Below are positions 29,104 through 38,417 of a stretch of DNA of 64,000 nucleotides, in pieces (within the stretch, counting starts at the first letter, position 1; every line of letters begins with the position of its first letter). Source of the stretch: Polyangiaceae bacterium (lineage in GTDB: Bacteria > Myxococcota_A > Polyangia > Polyangiales > Polyangiaceae); assembly GCA_036838085.1 (NCBI GenBank), contig DAITGX010000029.1, forward strand, positions 1 through 64,000, read 5' to 3'. A program made the position numbers and the translations under genes. Below the pieces are notes generated by a model, which was not told the origin of the DNA, did no database searches, and was given only the letters and a program-made list of their open reading frames with translations.

Positions 29104-29919
29104 TCAGCGAAGGCTCGTCGAAGGGGCGGGAGGATTTCCACGTTCCGGCATGGCACGAGTCTCGCCCGCGTCCACCGCCCCTACGGGTTTCGGCTCTCCC
29201 TGCGCGGAACTTGCCCCAGACGCCTGCGCATCACCCAATCTCATGGAATCGAGCATGTGGACAAACCCTTCCCTCGAAGAATGCACCGTATCCCGCGGAC
29301 CGAGCAGCTTGAAATAAAATGGTCCGACCGGCGCCACGACAATCGCGCCAATCAACGCCCACGATGAATGACTTCGAGGTTCCACGCCCGGCTCGAGCCC
29401 CATCTCCGACTCTCGATACGTTCCCGATACCTCCACGATATACACCGGCATCGAGCCAACCTGTCGACGGGAACGCGTGGTTTGCTGCCCTTCGAAAGAG
29501 GATGCCCAGCGATCGAGCGTCTCATCCACTCGCAACGCCGAAGGCCCAAGATGAAAAATAGATAGCTCCGCAGGCTCACCACCCGGCTTCGATGAGTCCA
29601 CCCGATACTCCGACAATCGCATCGGACTCGATACCGGCACTTGTACCCAATCCGACGGAACATCCCACGTAACCGATGCCTCGCCCTGCATCGCGACCGG
29701 TGGTTCTTTTTCGCGCAGCAACGATGAATCCACGGGCGTTGGCACACCGTTCACAAACACCACGGTGAGGTTGCGCGAACCATTGGGACGCTGCGCCGCT
29801 GGATCATCGAAACGTGAATCGACGGACGCTGCATGGTTGCAAGCGATCGACGCTACCGTGACGATGACCGACGAACCAATCGATCTAAGCAAGAATCGGC
29901 AAAGCGACGAGCTGAACAT
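29104..29919 (-). CDS. Hypothetical lipoprotein
   Basis: MFSSSLCRFLLRSIGSSVIVTVASIAC signal/lipobox. No recognisable domain. Its start overlaps the serA stop region by ~35 nt, so the start is uncertain. Confidence 0.45.
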   Translation of the reverse strand: MFSSSLCRFLLRSIGSSVIVTVASIACNHAASVDSRFDDPAAQRPNGSRNLTVVFVNGVPTPVDSSLLREKEPPVAMQGEASVTWDVPSDWVQVPVSSPMRLSEYRVDSSKPGGEPAELSIFHLGPSALRVDETLDRWASSFEGQQTTRSRRQVGSMPVYIVEVSGTYRESEMGLEPGVEPRSHSSWALIGAIVVAPVGPFYFKLLGPRDTVHSSREGFVHMLDSMRLGDAQASGASSAQGEPKPVGAVDAGETRAMPERGNPPAPSTSLR

Positions 29920-31099
29920 GCAATACCTCGTCGTGGAACGCTCCAATTTCTTGCAAGCAATGCTCGGTCGGACGCGCCACCACGTTGATCCGTGTGCAAG
30001 CGGCAGAGGAATGATCGAATACGTTGGTTTTGAGTTCTTCCACGTTGATTCCGTGCCTTTTTAGCACATTGAGCGTATTGGCTAGCGCGCCGATTTTGTC
30101 GTAATGGCGAACGACAATCTGGTATCTGGCGCTGTGAACGGTTCGTACATTGACCGCGTTGGGGACAGAGCCTTCCACGAGAAATCCGCGGACGATACGG
30201 ACGGTTTCAGCGGCCACGGCCCGCTTGGCTTGTTGGGTCTGAGAGCCGATGTGCGGAGTACCGTACCAGATGACCTCGGGAGCAAAAGCTGGAGGAGCAA
30301 ACGTTGTCATGGGCACATGGGGAAAGTCTGCGTAGACATCCAGTCCCACCCGCAAGTTTTTGGCAGGAGCGATTTCGAGCAACGCCTCGTAATCGACAAG
30401 CTCGCTTCGAGCCGCGTTGATGAACGTAGCGCCATGAGGAAGCGCCTCGAGCACGTCCCTGGAAACAATGCCCCGCGTGCGTTCGCTGGCCGCAAGATGA
30501 ACCGTGAGAACGTCCACTTTCGAAGCAAGATCTTTGGGCGATTTGACGCACGTAAGGTCGAACTCTCTCGCACGCGATGCCGTCAGCCCCCGCGACCACG
30601 CATACGGGATCATGCCGAACGCTTTCGCACGGCTCAACACCTCGCGCCCAACCGTCCCCAACCCCATGATGCCGATGCGCTTGCCCTTCAACCCCGACGC
30701 TTCCGAAAAGCCGCCTTTTTCCCAGCGCCCAGCACGAACCGATTCCACCGCATCCGGGATCCGACGATCCAACGACAAGATCAGCCCCATCGTGAGTTCC
30801 GCCACGGCCACCGCATTCATGCCCTTGCACGAGGCAACATAAATGCCCCTCGTCGAAGCTGCTTCGACATCGATGTTGCCAACCCCATGACCCGCTCGCA
30901 CGATGAGATTGAGTTGGTTGGATGCATCAATGGTTTTTGCGGTGACCCTTTTGGATCGAACGACAAGGATGCCAACGTTGTGAATGGCATCGGGTAAGGT
31001 TTCACTATCGATCTCGGGTTCGTAGATCACCTCGGCTCCAAGGTGTCTCAATTCCTCGATCCCAAGAGGATGAAGGGTATCAGCAATGAGAAGACGCAT
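29885..31099 (-). CDS. serA: D-3-phosphoglycerate dehydrogenase (2-hydroxyacid dehydrogenase with C-terminal ACT domain)
   Basis: NAD-binding GIMGLGTVGREV. Catalytic …GTPHIGSQTQQA. C-terminal ACT …IVVRHYDKIGALANTLNVLKRHGINVEEL. Confidence 0.85.
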   Translation of the reverse strand: MRLLIADTLHPLGIEELRHLGAEVIYEPEIDSETLPDAIHNVGILVVRSKRVTAKTIDASNQLNLIVRAGHGVGNIDVEAASTRGIYVASCKGMNAVAVAELTMGLILSLDRRIPDAVESVRAGRWEKGGFSEASGLKGKRIGIMGLGTVGREVLSRAKAFGMIPYAWSRGLTASRAREFDLTCVKSPKDLASKVDVLTVHLAASERTRGIVSRDVLEALPHGATFINAARSELVDYEALLEIAPAKNLRVGLDVYADFPHVPMTTFAPPAFAPEVIWYGTPHIGSQTQQAKRAVAAETVRIVRGFLVEGSVPNAVNVRTVHSARYQIVVRHYDKIGALANTLNVLKRHGINVEELKTNVFDHSSAACTRINVVARPTEHCLQEIGAFHDEVLHVQLVALPILA

Positions 31100-31299
31100 G
31101 ATGGCAGACCGTCAAGGTATCACAGGCCATGAACGTTTCCCATGCCGCCGATCAAGCGCTCATGGATTTACCCTTACCGTATCCTTGTCCGCGAAAAGCT
31201 AGCTGTCATTTCTCACAACCACCATCTTGACCCTTGCCGATGCGCGGGCTTGGCAAGGTGGTTTCGTGGTCACCGCCCGGAACATCGCACGCCGGTGGT

Positions 31300-32655
31300 C
31301 TATTTTTTTCGCGCAATGAGATCACTCAACAAAAGCTGATACGCAATCGACAAGGCTCGATCCCCTCGCCCCACCGGATTGCTCGGCACATGCCTCGGAA
31401 TCATGATCTCACTGGTCGTCGCAGTAGAAGGCGAGGAAACTCGCGGCGCCGCGTTCGGTGAAGCAAGATGTCCCTCGATATCTTGCTCACGAACAATGGG
31501 AAAACCATCTCCCGAGCCCGGTTGCTGCACGGCTACGCCCGGCGTTATCCCCTCCGCCTGAATCGTTCTGCCCAGCGGCGTGTAGTACAACGTTGTCGTA
31601 AGCTTGAGCGCCGCCCCCTCCGGCAACTCCACAATGCTTTGCACGGACCCTTTTCCAAATGTCTTCGCTCCCACGATGATCCCTCTGCCGTGATCTTGTA
31701 TAGCCCCGGCCACAAGCTCCGCCGCACTCGCCGTCAATTCGTTGACCAACACCGCTAGCGGAAGACGACTCGCCGCACCACCCAATGACGCCGTCACCTC
31801 GTCCAACACTCGACCACGAGCGCGCGTCGTAAAGATGATACCCCCATCGAGCAACTCATCCGCCACCTGCGCCGATTCGTGAACAAGACCTCCGGGATTG
31901 GCGCGCAAGTCCAAAATCATGCCTTCAAGAGGCTCGTCTCGCTGCAAACGCAAGTCCCCAAGCACCTGCAAAAACTCCTGATGAGTGCCCCGTTGAAACT
32001 GCTTGATGCCCACATACGCCACGTTGCCCTCGAGACGTTTCCCGATCACACTTCGCACGTGGACCTGCGCGCGCACAATGCGCACACGAAGCGGTTGCGC
32101 CACCCCAGGACGACGAAGCAGAAGCGATACGGGTGTTCCTTGCTGACCACGAATGCGTCGCACGACTTGGTCGAGCGGCTTGGCTTGGGTAGGCCAATCA
32201 TCGATGGCAATCACTTGATCACCCGGACGCAAACCGGCACGCTCCGCAGGCGATCCTTCCATGGGACGAATCACAGTGATGAGCCCATCGCGTGCATCCA
32301 CTTCCACACCGATCCCTACGAAATGCCCCTCGGTGTCATTTCGAAACTCTTCATATTCTTTCGGCGAAAGATAGGAAGAATGCGGATCAAGTTCAGCCAC
32401 CATCCCCTTGACCGCGCCCTCCACCATCCTCGCTCGATCGACAGGTTGGACATAGTGATTCTCAACCAACACCAAAACGCGAGCCAATTGCTCGACCAGA
32501 TGAAAGGGACTCTGCGACTGGGATTGCGCCCGCAGGGGGCCCGCTCCCAAAAATACGAAAAGAAAAGATATAAGAGAAACAATTCTTCCCCGCCTCTTCG
32601 CCCTTCCCCGAGCGCACAATTGCTCAAATTCGCTACACAAACTCAAATTTTTCAT
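31300..32655 (-). CDS. ctpA: S41-family C-terminal processing (tail-specific) peptidase with PDZ domain
   Basis: Signal peptide. PDZ …GLRPGDQVIAIDD. S41 catalytic region …ILDLRANPGGLVHESAQVAD…IVGAKTFGKGSVQS. Confidence 0.85.
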   Translation of the reverse strand: MKNLSLCSEFEQLCARGRAKRRGRIVSLISFLFVFLGAGPLRAQSQSQSPFHLVEQLARVLVLVENHYVQPVDRARMVEGAVKGMVAELDPHSSYLSPKEYEEFRNDTEGHFVGIGVEVDARDGLITVIRPMEGSPAERAGLRPGDQVIAIDDWPTQAKPLDQVVRRIRGQQGTPVSLLLRRPGVAQPLRVRIVRAQVHVRSVIGKRLEGNVAYVGIKQFQRGTHQEFLQVLGDLRLQRDEPLEGMILDLRANPGGLVHESAQVADELLDGGIIFTTRARGRVLDEVTASLGGAASRLPLAVLVNELTASAAELVAGAIQDHGRGIIVGAKTFGKGSVQSIVELPEGAALKLTTTLYYTPLGRTIQAEGITPGVAVQQPGSGDGFPIVREQDIEGHLASPNAAPRVSSPSTATTSEIMIPRHVPSNPVGRGDRALSIAYQLLLSDLIARKK

Positions 32656-32779
32656 GGGGGCAGCCTACGCCAATCCGCGCCCGATGCACGCGCCCTTTGA
32701 TCTTCTATCGTAGCAGAGGTACTTTGTGCCCTGCCGATGTGGCGCTGGCTACGACATGTATGACGGAGGTCCCCGTTCG

Positions 32780-33001
32780 ATGGGCGATAAGGAAAATCTC
32801 AAATACGAAGCTTCGAAGACAGACAAACGCAAGCAGAGCCTCTACTTCCCAGAGGCCATGCTTCAAGAGATCAAGGAAGAGGCAGCCCGTCTCGACCGAT
32901 CTCTTTCTTGGATCGTTCAACGAGCATGGAAAATTGCGCGCCCCGATCTTCGCAAACTTCCAAGCGTCAATGAAATCCCCGACGACGAAACGGACGGCTG
33001 A
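32780..33001 (+). CDS. Small ribbon-helix-helix-like protein (CopG/Arc/MetJ-like), ~73 aa
   Basis: …KRKQSLYFPEAMLQEIKEEAARLDRSLSWIVQRAWKIA has the beta-strand + two-helix RHH pattern (basic residues then S-L-Y-F-P). Start chosen at the MGDKENL ATG. Confidence 0.5.
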   Translation: MGDKENLKYEASKTDKRKQSLYFPEAMLQEIKEEAARLDRSLSWIVQRAWKIARPDLRKLPSVNEIPDDETDG

Positions 33002-33108
33002 TTGTTTGATCGCTCGAACGCAAAAATGAACCTCGTGAGGTGATGCCAAGACATCATGCGCGGTTCGACGTTTGCCTCGATTGGCCCCCGAAGAAATTGG
33101 CTTTCCCC

Positions 33109-33507
33109 ATGGAGATGAGAACCATCAAAACGTGGTTGGACTCCTTCGGATGGCAATTTCTCACGATGGATGAAACGACCCTTCGTATCTTTCGCAACGA
33201 AAACGATGATGTCGATTTCTTTCTTCGCAACACCTCCCACTGGATCCTGTTGAAGATCGTCCCCGCAATCCCCCCCACCCTCACCAAACCAAGCGATATC
33301 ACCCGTCGATTGCTTGCCGTCAATCGCGACATGCGGCTCGCCAAGCATACCCTCACCAAAGAGGGTGATATCGCATTGGCTGTCGAACTACCCAAAGATT
33401 CTCTCGAACCCGCCGTGCTTCGAGATGCCATCGAACGAATGCACCGGTATATCAGCCATTACCGATCCTACTTGTCCATCGTTCCACCACCGTGGTTCCA
33501 CTCCTAA
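33109..33507 (+). CDS. YbjN-like (putative sensory-transduction / T3SS-chaperone-like fold) protein
   Basis: ~130 aa. …IKTWLDSFGWQFLTMDETTLRIFRNENDDVDFFLRNTSHWILLKIV…LAVELPKDSLEPAVLRDAIERMHRYISHY fits the YbjN-family length and pattern. Low–moderate certainty. Confidence 0.45.
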   Translation: MEMRTIKTWLDSFGWQFLTMDETTLRIFRNENDDVDFFLRNTSHWILLKIVPAIPPTLTKPSDITRRLLAVNRDMRLAKHTLTKEGDIALAVELPKDSLEPAVLRDAIERMHRYISHYRSYLSIVPPPWFHS

Positions 33508-33523
33508 CCACACCTATTCGAAT

Positions 33524-34756
33524 TCATCGCTGCTCGATCACGATTCGCCCTTGATCGCGATGAACGATGAGACCTTCTTCCCCAATACAACCCCAACAAC
33601 TACTCCAAGTCAGACGATTTTTCACCCAGCCGTTGAATCCAAGCACGATCGGCCCTGGATCGTTTTTGAGCACGAACGTCGATGCTATCCGATAACGGTC
33701 ATCGGGCAGACGATGGAACGCCGCGATGAACGACGATCCAGACGCTCCCAAACCCGCCATGACCAACAGCTCTTCGCCGAGTGCCGGGCTCCACAACAAG
33801 GGGCTGGTCGTCAGTGTATTGCCTTGCCTTCCCGCGTCGCCGCGAGCCACCACTCGGTTGACATCGTCGGGCTCTTGAAAAAACTTCACCTCACCAAGAT
33901 CCGCAAGCTGTGGAACCGTCCTGAGCATGCTCGCTACCTGGGAAGCATCGAGCTTGGCTCTGCGAAACGTCGGCAGCGTGGGAGGCTTCGAGACACGCGC
34001 CGCATTGGCCGCACCTCCACAACAACGAAACCCCAGATCCATCCCCTGGGCTTGCGCATCCGCAAGCTCCCTTCGCGCACAACGATGCTCCGTATCCGCT
34101 ACACCCTTCCTTCCTCCACGCAACACCGCCGAGGTCTTGCTCTCACCATCGCCCACATCCCAATCACTCGAGGTCCATTCGCGAATCGTTCCCATGCCCA
34201 CCACATCGAATCCGCTCGCACACGCCTGCGGCTGTTTTTCGCACGCCCCATCCCATCCTTGACCCGTGGAATAGGCATTCTCTTCCGGCCCCTTACACGC
34301 TCGCTCCCACTCCAATTCCGTACACAACCGCTGCTTGCGCTCCGCACATAACTGCTCGGCCTCACGTCGTGTCACCCCCGTGCGAGGTTCCATCGACGGA
34401 TCATTGGGATATGGTAGCCGATCGATCGAATAGGCCCCAAGTTCCACCTTGACCAACGCGGGCTCCAAGGAAGCGTCTCTGCCTCGATCCCCAGGCGTGC
34501 TTCCAGACAAAAACGCTCCACTCGGTATGTCGACCTTTTGCCCCACCTCGAGTTTCTTGTTCACCGGACGATGCGTTCCCGCTGCCTCAGATTGCTCCGG
34601 CGCCGCCGACAAAACCACCGTCGAAGACGGCCGAATCTCCGTACTTTGCTCCTGCGGCGAGTCGGAAGATGCCCCCTTCGACTTGCAACTCCCAAGCACG
34701 AGCAACCATAACGCGATCGCTCCCAGGCACATTCGGTCCATATCGTATCGCTTCAT
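33524..34756 (-). CDS. Lipoprotein with formylglycine-generating-enzyme (SUMF1/FGE-sulfatase) domain
   Basis: Signal MKRYDMDRMCLGAIALWLLVLGSC. FGE-type motifs …RLCTELEWERACKGPEENAYSTG… (cf. RLPTEAEWEYAARGG), …GTIREWTSSDWD…, …VLRGG. Confidence 0.7.
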   Translation of the reverse strand: MKRYDMDRMCLGAIALWLLVLGSCKSKGASSDSPQEQSTEIRPSSTVVLSAAPEQSEAAGTHRPVNKKLEVGQKVDIPSGAFLSGSTPGDRGRDASLEPALVKVELGAYSIDRLPYPNDPSMEPRTGVTRREAEQLCAERKQRLCTELEWERACKGPEENAYSTGQGWDGACEKQPQACASGFDVVGMGTIREWTSSDWDVGDGESKTSAVLRGGRKGVADTEHRCARRELADAQAQGMDLGFRCCGGAANAARVSKPPTLPTFRRAKLDASQVASMLRTVPQLADLGEVKFFQEPDDVNRVVARGDAGRQGNTLTTSPLLWSPALGEELLVMAGLGASGSSFIAAFHRLPDDRYRIASTFVLKNDPGPIVLGFNGWVKNRLTWSSCWGCIGEEGLIVHRDQGRIVIEQR

Positions 34757-34821
34757 TCGCACTGCCATCCCTATGCCTCGACCCATGCGTTTCGTCAAAG
34801 ACCGAGCTAGACTTTCCCCCA

Positions 34822-35082
34822 ATGCCTCACCTCATGGCTTCCCAAATGGCTCAACTGCTCGTCGATAGCGATCTCGACGAGTTGCAAGAGATCGTTGCGC
34901 GTTGGATCCAAGACGCCCCCTCGGATTCTTTCCGTCTTCGCTATCAGCAGTTCGGAACCCATCTATTGCAACTCAAACGCCAGCTCATGAGCTTGCCCGA
35001 ACCTCCCCAACGAGAAGATCTCGAAACCGCACTGCAGATGATGCTGGAGTTCGCCGCACAACAAAAAGAGCCGCGAGGCTAA
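34822..35082 (+). CDS. Possible small helical protein (~86 aa), hypothetical
   Basis: Internal ATG (MPHLMASQMAQLLVDSDLDELQEIVARWIQ…) in an ORF lying between two minus-strand genes. Composition is protein-like, but there is no homology evidence. Confidence 0.3.
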   Translation: MPHLMASQMAQLLVDSDLDELQEIVARWIQDAPSDSFRLRYQQFGTHLLQLKRQLMSLPEPPQREDLETALQMMLEFAAQQKEPRG

Positions 35083-36449
35083 ATCGTTCGTCTTCGAGCA
35101 GAGACTCGAGTTCCCATATCCCTCTTTCCATCATCGCGTTTCGCACGCCGAAATCGGGATGCCGATCCCATGAGCAGCAGCATACCCAACCCAAACCACC
35201 CGGCAGAATGAGATACGGGCGCGTAGGCACATCCACCAGACTCCGGTGGGCTATACACCGACCCCGCGCTCTTCTCCTTGAAACATACTCCTACCTCCGG
35301 CGCGCAGGAAAACCCGACCGGACACTCCCCCTGCAGACCACAGAGCGGCGAGCAGTAATTCTTGCCATCGTTCACACAACGAAGCCCCTCCGCACAATCC
35401 TCGGGTGCCGAGCACGGCTCGTTCATAAAACAATAGCCACTGCCCGCTCCCACGTCCCCGCACGTTTGTCCCGAAGCACAATTCGGCGCTGCCAGATCAC
35501 ACGACCGCGTGCAATACTGACCATGAAATCCCTGCACACACGTCAACCCCTCGGGACATACCCCATCGTTGCATAACTCCAGCCTCGGCGTCCCATCGTA
35601 TTGCTTCCCCTCCTCGCTCGTATACGTGGTTCCAGCGAGACGCACGGCTTCATCGATCAATGCCTTGAACCGATCCGTGCGCGTCCAGATGTTGTCATCC
35701 CCCATACAGTTCAACCCCCGAGAGGTCACCCCTATCACCGCATGATTCGCCGAAATCGCTGGTCCTCCCGAGTCTCCCTGGCAAATCGACTGCGTTCCCG
35801 TAAAATCCGCGTCCCCGGTACCCATGACGAACCGCAATACTTTCACGCCATCCCGACGATATCGCACGCCCGAACTGTTCATATCCTTCGGGTCCGTCAA
35901 ACCATAGCCCACCGCCGTGAATACCTCGCCAATCTCCGGTCCCTTGTTCACACGCACCCGCAGCGGAACGATCGGAATCTGAGACTGCGTCTCGCCCGTC
36001 ACGTCATCCTTGTCCAACACAATCAAAGCCAAATCATGTCCACACAAACTCGTCGAACCGTCGTGAACGATATGCTTACCTTTCGCCAACTTTCCTTGTG
36101 GATTGTGAGCAGCATCATACCCCCGCATGATCAACAGCGTCTGCGGATCCAAATCCGATATCACGTCTTGATAACAATCCACGTATTCCGTGGTCTTGGA
36201 TACGCAGTGCCGGGCGGTCAGAACAACGTTCGGCGCGATGAGGGCGCCAGTACATAACCCCCCTCCAAAAATGCTCGTCCCGGCGTAGATCATCACCACG
36301 GCATCGTTTTCCTGTGGCGTATCCACAACGCCCCCCACAATCGGTTGCACCTGCTGCGCGACAGGCTCCAGTGACGGCTCGGAGGAACCACAGGCAAAAC
36401 AAGCAACAGCATAAGACCCGAAACCCAAATATTTTACAAACCAACGCAT
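35079..36449 (-). CDS. Secreted trypsin-like S1 serine peptidase with Cys-rich EGF-like C-terminal region and MYXO-CTERM-like tail
   Basis: Signal MRWFVKYLGFGSYAVACFAC. …IVGGVVDTP…LTARHCV (His), …GDSGGPA (Ser). C-terminal repeated CxxGxxC modules, then GGCAYAP…WFGLGMLLLMGSASRFRRAKRDD (Cys + TM + Arg-rich). Confidence 0.85.
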   Translation of the reverse strand: MRWFVKYLGFGSYAVACFACGSSEPSLEPVAQQVQPIVGGVVDTPQENDAVVMIYAGTSIFGGGLCTGALIAPNVVLTARHCVSKTTEYVDCYQDVISDLDPQTLLIMRGYDAAHNPQGKLAKGKHIVHDGSTSLCGHDLALIVLDKDDVTGETQSQIPIVPLRVRVNKGPEIGEVFTAVGYGLTDPKDMNSSGVRYRRDGVKVLRFVMGTGDADFTGTQSICQGDSGGPAISANHAVIGVTSRGLNCMGDDNIWTRTDRFKALIDEAVRLAGTTYTSEEGKQYDGTPRLELCNDGVCPEGLTCVQGFHGQYCTRSCDLAAPNCASGQTCGDVGAGSGYCFMNEPCSAPEDCAEGLRCVNDGKNYCSPLCGLQGECPVGFSCAPEVGVCFKEKSAGSVYSPPESGGCAYAPVSHSAGWFGLGMLLLMGSASRFRRAKRDDGKRDMGTRVSARRRTI

Positions 36450-36916
36450 GCTCGACAGCCTAGTCGCACGTCGATACGGTGGCCACCACAACACCCATTA
36501 TTCCTGGCAAATACCACCGTGATCGGTGCAATCCCTGCGCCCGTGCCATGCCACCAAACCCTTCGCGAAAATGTCGAATAGTCTCCCCCTTTTTCGTCCG
36601 CATGCACCAGCCCGTCATGCATCGGTACACGGATGCACCCGAGCGCCCACTCTCCTGTCGCAAGGCCGTGACTGCCCCGAGAGGTATGCGTCAAATGGCC
36701 GTAAAACCCAATACTGTCGTAGAAATCGGTCGCGCAACCCCGGGCCCGCAAAACGTCGCGTGAAAGATGGAGACGACAACCGAAAAATATCTCGTCCTGA
36801 ACCTGATAAGGCCTGCCTCCCTGCAAGGACAGCATGCCTCCAAGCCTGATACAAGTTCGAGACGCCTCTCGAGTGTGCCCGTAATATCGATCCGTAATAC
36901 AATCAAGCCCCGCCAC
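36434..36916 (-). pseudogene. Possible degraded metallophosphoesterase-like ORF (or non-coding spacer)
   Basis: Only protein-like frame in the ~640 bp gap between the S1 peptidase and pmbA. Contains …FYGHLTHTSRG… / …YYGHTRE…, faintly reminiscent of YfcE-type GHTH motifs but with insertions. No start context; overlaps the protease start. Confidence 0.15.
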
Positions 36917-37088
36917 AGCGATAGCTTGAATGGCCTAATCACCCATCTGGGTCCTCGATGCGGAATCCCGTTCTCAGTCCAATTCAATACGTTAGACAAA
37001 CGGCCCCCTCGGCCTTCTCCAACCTCCCGCCAGCGTTCTCGCTTCTCCAAGCAGCTTCTCCCACCCAATTCCCGATACCGGAGGGAAA

Positions 37089-38417
37089 TCACACCCCGGA
37101 AAACTGCACTTCATGGAACCGCATCGAAGGGGTCCGTGCCCCACGATACGGGTATGGATCCGAACCAAGCTCCGCCAAGGCTTGCCAGAACGTGAGGTGG
37201 TTGCCCGCAAGATTCATTTCGGCCACGGGTTTGACGATACGCCCGGACTCCACCCAATGCCCCCGGATGCCAATCGAAAAATCACCCGTCGCTGCATTGG
37301 AATTGCCCCCGGAAAACCCCGTGACGAGGATTCCTCTTCCCATCGTGCGCAACAATCCCGCAAGATCTTGTTTTCCTTTGGGAAATACTAGATTGCTCGT
37401 CTCCCCGACCGTCGGCTCCCACCCCAATTTGGAAGCGTAATAGGTATCCAACAAATACGTTCGCAAAACTCCTTTTTCGAAAATCGGACGACGTCGGGTG
37501 CTCATCCCTTCGTAATCATACGTTCGAGAAGCCGCCCCCTTTGGCAGCAGAGGGTCATCGTCGATGTGAAGGAGGATCGACCCCACCTTTTCTCCGAGTT
37601 TACCCGACATATACGAGCGTTTTTGCTGCAAGGAGTTGCCCCCCAACGGCCCCAATAGCCCCCCGAGCAAACGATCCGCCACCCGGTTCTCAATGATACA
37701 AGGATACTTACCACTCTTCCAAGGGGTTTCTCCAATCCCCGCCAACGCCCTTCGCACCGCTTCTTTGCCCATGAGGTCCATCGAAGGAAGTTCGGCATAA
37801 TGATGAGTAGCAGCGTAGTCTCCCCCGGAAGGTTTTCGATCCCCTTCGCCTCGAACCGTAGCGGAAGCCGAGCGAGCGAAAACCGAAGATTCCCGCTCGC
37901 CTTTCGTGCCCTGACTATCCCTCATCGCGCTCATCGTGTGGTAGACACGCATCGCTCCCGTAGCCGAAAGGATGAGATCCGCGCCCTCGGCCTGCCGCAT
38001 CGCTCGTTCCAGCTCCATCGCCTGCTTTTTTTGCGCCGCACCGTCGATGACACCAAGATTGTCCCTGTCCAACAGCAGAAGATCGCCCTCAAACCTCTCT
38101 TGGCAGCGCTCCAAAGGGGGAAGCTTGCGATGGGGATCCGGCTGAAGCACCTTGGTCATCGCCACCGACTCGGCCACGAAAAGCTCCATGGCTTCCGGAC
38201 GCAAATCGCTTGTCGTGTGGGAAGAATAACGCCCATCGACAAATAAGGAGATGGAAAGGCCCTTGTGGACAGACTCACGCAAGCGGTCGAGCTTCCCATC
38301 GCGCCACTCCACACCACTTTCCCGCATGCGCCATACGCTTGCCCGCGCCGCCGCTGCGCCCTGCCGTTTCGCCAAAATAAGCGCATTTTCAACAAGTTGC
38401 ATAAGCGTCGCGTTCAT
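37089..38417 (-). CDS. pmbA: PmbA/TldE-family metallopeptidase (U62) partner subunit
   Basis: Start MNATLMQLVENALILAKRQGA…SVWRMRESGVEWRDGKLDRL…LSISLFVDGRY… Typical PmbA N-domain and C-terminal …GNSNAATGDFSIGIRGHWVESG… The ATG overlaps the tldD stop (ATGA). Confidence 0.8.
   Translation of the reverse strand: MNATLMQLVENALILAKRQGAAAARASVWRMRESGVEWRDGKLDRLRESVHKGLSISLFVDGRYSSHTTSDLRPEAMELFVAESVAMTKVLQPDPHRKLPPLERCQERFEGDLLLLDRDNLGVIDGAAQKKQAMELERAMRQAEGADLILSATGAMRVYHTMSAMRDSQGTKGERESSVFARSASATVRGEGDRKPSGGDYAATHHYAELPSMDLMGKEAVRRALAGIGETPWKSGKYPCIIENRVADRLLGGLLGPLGGNSLQQKRSYMSGKLGEKVGSILLHIDDDPLLPKGAASRTYDYEGMSTRRRPIFEKGVLRTYLLDTYYASKLGWEPTVGETSNLVFPKGKQDLAGLLRTMGRGILVTGFSGGNSNAATGDFSIGIRGHWVESGRIVKPVAEMNLAGNHLTFWQALAELGSDPYPYRGARTPSMRFHEVQFSGV

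Noticed and set aside
30104-30997. 297-aa plus-strand ORF inside serA
   Set aside because: Antisense shadow.
36526-36849. 107-aa plus-strand ORF in the protease–pmbA gap
   Set aside because: Arg-rich wrong-frame-like composition. No start context.
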